Virus record (IMG/VR): IMGVR_UViG_3300048014_000057
Location: 80,860 to 144,859 of that record
Length of the DNA: 64,000 bases
Strand: one strand, 5' to 3'
DNA from: a virus
Of this stretch, positions 58,156 to 64,000 are shown piece by piece. The translations under genes and the position numbers were made by a program. The notes beneath the pieces are model-generated. The model was not told the origin of the DNA. It did no database searches and worked only from the letters and a program-made list of their open reading frames with translations. Numbering within the stretch: position 1 is the stretch's first letter; each line of letters begins with the position of its first letter.

Positions 58156-59940
58156 TTAATTATTACTTATATTAATTGACAGACCATTTACCATATTAAT
58201 TTCAATAATATCATTTCCTATAGAATATATATCTTTATTTTGTGGAAATGCTGTTAAAAGTAAACCAGAAGCATTAGAAACAAATGAAGAAATATTAAGA
58301 ATAGGAATATTTATATTACCATTGACATAATTTACAGTTCCGACATTTTTAGGATTAATAATAGAATTATTGGGAGAAAGTTGGGAAAGGTAGATAAAAC
58401 CAGTTGGATTATTATTAACCAAAGTATCGGTTAGAAAATAATTATTACCAGAAATAATAAATTGTGAAGAAGAAACATTCGAAATTGGGTTATTGAAATT
58501 AACCACTATTGAATTATTTACATTGAAAATTACATTGGCATATTTAGACATGGTAACATAAGTTTCATTGGAAATGATAGAAGGATCGGTTTCATCAATA
58601 GCATCACAAAATTGAGAATATCTGAATGGAGTAGAAAATGCCTGTAAATTATTATTTGTAAAATTAGAAATTGTATTGGTTACTAAAGCCTGATATTGTG
58701 AAGGAGAATATCCTGTGTTAGAAAAATTAACATGAACATTAGAAAATACATTTAAATAAAGATTATCCGGATCAACAAATTGAATTTGATAATTAAGAAT
58801 ATTTACTTTATTAATATAAGTCTGAATATCATTTTTTAAAGACAATGTTGCAGGATTACCGGATTGTCCAACAAGAGCAATAAAAATCATACCATATTGT
58901 ACAGCCGTATTGGTAATTCCTCCACCATAAACGTTAATATCAGTAATAGAAGGAAAATTTTCATAAATTAAAGTTTCATAATTTAAGGAAGTAATTGCAT
59001 TATCTTGTGTCTGATAATGTCTTGGATTATTATATCTTATAGAATCTATACCTTCTGCATTCGCCCCTCCCGAAGAATTATTAGAAGTTAAAATATAAAC
59101 ATTTGAAACTGTTCCACCATTAAAAGTAGATAAGTTTGTATTCATAATAAATGAAGAAATATAATTTGCATCACTTCCTTTTGACACTCTATAATTAGCC
59201 GACACAACAGCACCATTTTGAGGAATATAACCTAAAATACCATCTCCAAATTGAAGTTGATAGGTATTTCCAAATCCAGCCTGAAGAAAATAAACTTTTG
59301 AATTTCCGTTCAAACCATAAAGATTAGATGCCTGTGTAAATGATGTATTAGTAGAACCTGAATTTTCAGAAACTAAGATTGAAAGAGAAGAAGTGTCTAT
59401 TCCTGGGGAAGATAAAGTAAATAATTGATTATTTACAGTAGTATCCACAACAAATAAATCTGTTTTATAATAACCTTCATAAATATTAACATTAGAAAAT
59501 TGAAAAAAACCATTTGAAGAAGTTGCTATATAATTCTGATCTGTAACAAAAGAAAAACTTCCGTTGGAATTTAATCCTCCAAAGATACTTCCTTGAGGTA
59601 TCTCTAATATGTTTAGAGACGGCGCCGACATAGTTAAATTTAAAGAAGTAGTTGAAGAAGAAACAGAATAAGGAACATAATTTAACATTTTTGAAATTGA
59701 AACTAAAGAATCTTTTAATTGTGCAGAATCATTAAATGATTCTGAAAATGCCATATTAAGAAAAAAAGAATTAAGAAATGTATTACGAGAAAAAATATCT
59801 AATAAAACATTAATATTACTTCCTGTAAAATTATAATCACGAAAAATACTTTGATTTTGAAACCAACTTATCATTTGTGATTTCAATGTATTTGGATCAA
59901 GACTTCCAAGTGAAATATTTTGTGGAATAGTATTTGCCAT
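58156..59940 (-). CDS. gp6: Baseplate wedge subunit gp6
   Basis: LD...LK, F.DYNF.GSN..VLLD, ESF.DSAQL, FGDGILG, GGA.AE.IDSIRYN.P..YQTQ. Confidence 0.92.
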   Translation of the reverse strand: MANTIPQNISLGSLDPNTLKSQMISWFQNQSIFRDYNFTGSNINVLLDIFSRNTFLNSFFLNMAFSESFNDSAQLKDSLVSISKMLNYVPYSVSSSTTSLNLTMSAPSLNILEIPQGSIFGGLNSNGSFSFVTDQNYIATSSNGFFQFSNVNIYEGYYKTDLFVVDTTVNNQLFTLSSPGIDTSSLSILVSENSGSTNTSFTQASNLYGLNGNSKVYFLQAGFGNTYQLQFGDGILGYIPQNGAVVSANYRVSKGSDANYISSFIMNTNLSTFNGGTVSNVYILTSNNSSGGANAEGIDSIRYNNPRHYQTQDNAITSLNYETLIYENFPSITDINVYGGGITNTAVQYGMIFIALVGQSGNPATLSLKNDIQTYINKVNILNYQIQFVDPDNLYLNVFSNVHVNFSNTGYSPSQYQALVTNTISNFTNNNLQAFSTPFRYSQFCDAIDETDPSIISNETYVTMSKYANVIFNVNNSIVVNFNNPISNVSSSQFIISGNNYFLTDTLVNNNPTGFIYLSQLSPNNSIINPKNVGTVNYVNGNINIPILNISSFVSNASGLLLTAFPQNKDIYSIGNDIIEINMVNGLSINISNN

Positions 59941-60034
59941 AAACTTCCTTCGACCAAAGGTCTTTTAAATAATTTTATATATTTATTAAAGTTTATGGAA
60001 AATCAAACAACTTTCATATGATGTATATTTCTTC

Positions 60035-60454
60035 TTATCTAATCCGATTTATAAGAATATTTACCGATTGATTTCCTGGTATATTTATTACTGTAAAATA
60101 AATTGTAACAGAAAGAGCATTAGGAATGGAAGTAGAGTCTACATTTATACCAAGTAGATTACATCTTGGTTCATTTGATCGAATAGCATCAGTCAAACTT
60201 TGTGAAACAACTGATTGAAAAATTGCATCGTTTTGGCCAAATACTTGAAATATAGTACCTATACTATTATCATAAAGTCTTTCTCCTAAATGAGTAAGAC
60301 AAATATTTTTTAAGGATTGTTTAACAGAATTTTCATTGGTTATTTTAGCAAGATCATTTGAAAAAGGTGCCTTATTAAAATTATCCGTAAAATCAGAATA
60401 AATTATTCCTATATAAGAAGTTCGAGTTTGGGTATTAGAAGAAGGAATATACAT
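60035..60454 (-). CDS. gp25: Baseplate wedge subunit gp25
   Basis: YSDF...D...TNE.SVKQSLKNI.LT..GER...G...I...EPR; adjacent to gp6. Confidence 0.9.
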   Translation of the reverse strand: MYIPSSNTQTRTSYIGIIYSDFTDNFNKAPFSNDLAKITNENSVKQSLKNICLTHLGERLYDNSIGTIFQVFGQNDAIFQSVVSQSLTDAIRSNEPRCNLLGINVDSTSIPNALSVTIYFTVINIPGNQSVNILINRIR

Positions 60455-60456
60455 TT

Positions 60457-60681
60457 TTAAGTATTTGCTGTAACCAAAGTCATTGTTATTTGACTTCCAA
60501 AAGAAAATGTAGTAATATCTGTATTAGCAGGATTATGAATAGAAAATGATAAGTTATTATGTGGAAATATAGGTAAATTATTAGAATTTGTAGGATTTGA
60601 ATTTCCTAAAGTAAAATTAAGATTTGTTCCATTTATATCTGTTGAAATATTTTGTGATATTACGTAATAATTTTGTTCCAT
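60457..60681 (-). CDS. Small hypothetical protein
   Basis: AAGGAG RBS; late motif upstream. Confidence 0.55.
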   Translation of the reverse strand: MEQNYYVISQNISTDINGTNLNFTLGNSNPTNSNNLPIFPHNNLSFSIHNPANTDITTFSFGSQITMTLVTANT

Positions 60682-60708
60682 TTTTTTCTCCTTTTTATAT
60701 TATTTATT

Positions 60709-63700
60709 TTAATAATTTCCTGCCGTATTTGTATTTATTGCATTACCAGAAATAGTATAACCACCAGGAGAATTCATAGAAGTATTCATTGAAATTATTG
60801 TATGTGCAACACCGCCACCATTATTATTTACACTTCCTGATATTGAATAACCATTAGCTAATCCAGGACCATTAATACAATTTCCAAAAATATATCCATT
60901 ATTCCAAGGACATATTGTACCATTATTAAAATATATTCCGCTTCCACCAATACCAGAAAAAGATGAATTAGCAGGAACACCATAATTAATTGTACAATCA
61001 GTTATTCTTGGATTTCCAATTCCATTTAAAGAAATTGCTGTATGAATTGCATCAAAAGAACAACTTCTGATTCGCCATTCACCATTATTAGCATCCGTTG
61101 CAGATAAATAAACAGAAGCCGTATTTTGACCTATTATAAATGAATCTACTATATTAACTCCTTGAGGGTCCATAGTTCCGGAAGTTGCACCAGAAGGAAG
61201 AAATCTGATTCCATAATCTCCTGCTGTAATATGACATTTATCAAAAAACAAAGTAGTAGGAGCATTTGTTTCTGATCCTGTATTTGTAGTGCTAAATAAA
61301 ATTCCAGCCGAACCACCTATACCACCAGTTCCATAAGGAGACCCTATACAGTTTTGCATAGTTACATTTACATTTATATAACGCAAATCTTTAAGATAGA
61401 GTCCAACATAATTCCATCCTGTTCCATTACCTAGAAATGAAAGATTTCTAGTAACTAACGTTTCAGCGGTTATTCCGCCAAATTGTGCTGCTGTTGTGGT
61501 TGCAGAAATATTCATCATCCCAGAAGGAGAAGCCCCAGAACTAGAGGAACCTGCACCGACATATTGTTCAACCAATGAAAAATCTTCTAAAACTACCTGA
61601 GAGTTTTGATTGGCATAATTACCATTATATTGAATTGAAATATTAATAGCGGCATTGGCAGTTGATAATAATATTTGTGATAATTGTTGTCCTGATCCTG
61701 TAATTTTTAATCCGCTTGGAGCACTTAATGTAATAGTAATTGCAGAAGAAATTAAAAATTTTCCAATTAAAAGAACTTGTTTACCAGAAGTAAGACAATT
61801 TGTTAAGGCTGTTGTATCATCTGTAGAACCATCCCCGGCGGCTCCATACATTTGTGGTGTAACAATATTAATAGTATTAAATCCACCAGAAGTATTTGAT
61901 CCTTGTAGACCAGCACCATATTGTGAAAGACTAAATTTACCATTTATGTCAAGCGACATTGTTTGTGGAACATAAGTAGCACCAGAAGAAGATTCACCAC
62001 TTCCCCAAGTAATTCCTCCGGAGGAATTACCATTAAATTGCATCCATCCCATCCAAGTGGCATCAATTTTTTGTTGAATTCTTGATCCTGCACCTACCCA
62101 AGATGTACCATTAACAACTCTTGTATTTGTTAATATTAAATTATCTCCATTACCATCACTTGAATAAAATTGACCATAAACAATCTGACTTCCAGAAGTA
62201 TTTCCTAATGTTTGAGTAGAATTTATATTTAGATTAGAACTTGTAATAATTGTGGAATTAACTGTGGAATTAACTGTGGAATTACCTAGAGTTAATATTG
62301 TTGTATTTACATAGACATTTCCTGATGTATCAAAAAATGAAATATAAGGATCATTAGTACCACCTTTAATAGTAAAATTAGTAACGGTAGTATTAGAAAA
62401 AACTATTTGACCGGCGGAAAGAGTACCTGTAGAACCCGTAGAAGAATTGTTTACAGAAAAATTAGTAAATATAGAAGAAGTGACTGTTCCATTGGCTATT
62501 TGTACACCACTAGCCGTAAAGGCTGCATTTACAGTTGAGTTACCTAAAGTCATGGTATTAGAAGTTTTATTAAAAGTAAGTACAGAAGAACCATTAAAAG
62601 AACCAGAATCATTAAATTGTATTTGGGTATTTGAACCACCGACAACTCCATTTCCACCACCAAAAGAAGTAGTTGAGTTAATGGTTAAATTAACAGTAGA
62701 ATTTCCCAGAGTTAAAGAATTATAAACAGCAAGATCACCGGAATTATCCAAAGTCATTAAAACTGTAGTTGCATTGGAAAATTTAGCAACTTGTCCTGTA
62801 TAAGATTGAATAACTACTCCAATACCAGTATTAGAAATAAAATTTCCACCATATAAAGAATTAGATAATCCCTGAACACCAACTCCGGTAGTAGAAATTC
62901 CTTGAATTCCTGGGTATGATGTAGATTGAAAATATCCACCATAAGAAGAATTAGATGTTCCAAAAACACCAATATTAGTATTAGAAAGTCCATAAACACC
63001 ATAAAAAGTATTTGAATAACCAGTAATAGCAGTAACAGAACCAGAATTTGAACCAGAAACTATTGAATTATAAACAGTTAAATCACCAGAATTATCTAAA
63101 CTCATAAGAGATGTAGTTGCATTGGAAAATTTAGCAACTTGTCCTGTATAAGATTGAATAACTACTCCAATACCAGTATTAGAAATAAAATTTCCACCAT
63201 AACCACCATAATTTGATTGACCATAAACACCTGTGCCTGTATTAGATGTTCCTAGAACTCCCAAAGAAGTATTAGAAATAAAATTTCCACCATATAAAGA
63301 ATTAGATAATCCCTGAACACCAACTCCGGTAGTAGAAATTCCTTGAATTCCTGGGTATGATGTAGATTGAAAATATCCACCATAAGAAGAATTAGATGTT
63401 CCAAAAACACCAATATTAGTATTAGAAAGTCCATAAACACCATAAAAAGTATTTGAATAACCAGTAATAGCAGTAACAGAACCAGAATTTGAACCAGAAA
63501 CTATTGAATTATTTACAGTAATAGTACCACCAAATTGAACCCCCGCACCAGTCTGATCTATATTAACAAAACCAGTTGCTAAATTTAATATATAGGGTCT
63601 TAGAGAACTCCATGTTCCGGTAGAATTTCCCGATGCAGTTATCATTTCATAATAATTACTTCCGTCATTTCTATAAAAAACACCATAACTTCCATAAATT

Positions 63701-64000
63701 GCTCTAAATTGTCCACCACCACTATCAAAACTAGTAGAAACTATTCCTGCATTACCATTAATTTGTCCAACAGAATTTATATATGAAGAAGAATTAATTG
63801 TTGTTCCGTTAAAAGCACCAGTGTAAATAGAAGCGTTCGCATAATAAGATTGATTTTGACCAGAAAAATAATTTGAATTATTGGAAGTTCCTGAAAATGA
63901 TGTAGAATTAATAGCAACATTGATTGTGGAGTTACCAATATTAAAAGAAGTAGAATTAATAGTTAAATTACCATTAGCATCAAAAAGAGTAATAGTTGGT
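60709..64000 (-). CDS. Tail fibre/tailspike with C-terminal pectate-lyase-like beta-helix; start lies beyond the window
   Basis: Frame is open from 63645 to the window end; GVYG.S repeats, GSNTQIQFN, YGAAGDGSTDDT.AL followed by beta-helix-like sequence. Confidence 0.82.
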   Translation of the reverse strand, partial: PTITLFDANGNLTINSTSFNIGNSTINVAINSTSFSGTSNNSNYFSGQNQSYYANASIYTGAFNGTTINSSSYINSVGQINGNAGIVSTSFDSGGGQFRAIYGSYGVFYRNDGSNYYEMITASGNSTGTWSSLRPYILNLATGFVNIDQTGAGVQFGGTITVNNSIVSGSNSGSVTAITGYSNTFYGVYGLSNTNIGVFGTSNSSYGGYFQSTSYPGIQGISTTGVGVQGLSNSLYGGNFISNTSLGVLGTSNTGTGVYGQSNYGGYGGNFISNTGIGVVIQSYTGQVAKFSNATTSLMSLDNSGDLTVYNSIVSGSNSGSVTAITGYSNTFYGVYGLSNTNIGVFGTSNSSYGGYFQSTSYPGIQGISTTGVGVQGLSNSLYGGNFISNTGIGVVIQSYTGQVAKFSNATTVLMTLDNSGDLAVYNSLTLGNSTVNLTINSTTSFGGGNGVVGGSNTQIQFNDSGSFNGSSVLTFNKTSNTMTLGNSTVNAAFTASGVQIANGTVTSSIFTNFSVNNSSTGSTGTLSAGQIVFSNTTVTNFTIKGGTNDPYISFFDTSGNVYVNTTILTLGNSTVNSTVNSTIITSSNLNINSTQTLGNTSGSQIVYGQFYSSDGNGDNLILTNTRVVNGTSWVGAGSRIQQKIDATWMGWMQFNGNSSGGITWGSGESSSGATYVPQTMSLDINGKFSLSQYGAGLQGSNTSGGFNTINIVTPQMYGAAGDGSTDDTTALTNCLTSGKQVLLIGKFLISSAITITLSAPSGLKITGSGQQLSQILLSTANAAINISIQYNGNYANQNSQVVLEDFSLVEQYVGAGSSSSGASPSGMMNISATTTAAQFGGITAETLVTRNLSFLGNGTGWNYVGLYLKDLRYINVNVTMQNCIGSPYGTGGIGGSAGILFSTTNTGSETNAPTTLFFDKCHITAGDYGIRFLPSGATSGTMDPQGVNIVDSFIIGQNTASVYLSATDANNGEWRIRSCSFDAIHTAISLNGIGNPRITDCTINYGVPANSSFSGIGGSGIYFNNGTICPWNNGYIFGNCINGPGLANGYSISGSVNNNGGGVAHTIISMNTSMNSPGGYTISGNAINTNTAGNY
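62764..63511 (-). repeat. Near-exact internal duplication of about 300 bp in the tailspike (one copy has a ~90-bp insertion)
   Basis: 62764-63070 versus 63112-63511; boundaries approximate. Confidence 0.85.
63508..63814. repeat. 307-bp direct repeat, copy 2 (copy 1 at 43091-43397)
   Basis: Manual alignment: 5 mismatches. Confidence 0.92.

Noticed and set aside
1086-63443. Short track ORFs antisense to or overlapping confident genes (e.g. 1086, 3645, 3744, 4952, 6642, 7438, 10401, 14132, 19758, 29334, 36364, 44724, 47731, 57328, 61655, 62447, 62814, 63252)
   Set aside because: Shadow frames of real genes with no RBS or recognisable motifs.
43091-63814. 307-bp repeat pair as a DGR template/variable repeat or an invertible segment
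   Set aside because: Only 3 of 5 mismatches are at adenines of one copy, both copies are coding and mid-gene, orientation is direct, and no reverse transcriptase or invertase is in the window.

Overview
A 64-kb, very AT-rich segment of a large lytic T4-like (myovirus) phage genome, read in the standard genetic code. The spanin pair points to a Gram-negative host. The + strand (about 6-37 kb) carries replication, nucleotide-metabolism and accessory genes: primase gp61, ThyX, class II RNR, Dam-like methylase, helicase gp41, clamp and loaders gp45/44/62, RegA, dTMP kinase, RNA ligase, phosphoesterases, glycosyltransferases, two putative homing endonucleases and spanins. The - strand (about 4-6 kb and 37.5-64 kb) carries virion genes: gp51/26, gp54-like, gp2, neck gp13/14/15, GH19 endolysin, tail fibres, a DUF4815-type protein, baseplate gp8/7/6/25 and two ADP-ribosyltransferase paralogues. 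Most notable: (1) a ribonucleotide reductase split into two adjacent genes by a naturally split intein (Thr+1); (2) a UAU-anticodon tRNA with a class II-like long variable arm; (3) at least four genes whose Shine-Dalgarno-matched start is AUA, AUU or AUC; (4) a gp26-gp51 junction that looks like a -1 frameshift at a U9 run; (5) an atypical Ser...Phe-Gln intein in a glycosyltransferase; (6) a large protein with three candidate cell-wall enzyme domains; (7) a hairpin hiding the spanin ribosome-binding site with a late promoter in its loop; (8) a near-identical 307-bp module shared by two fibre genes 20 kb apart. All protein calls come from motif recognition by eye; no database searches were run.
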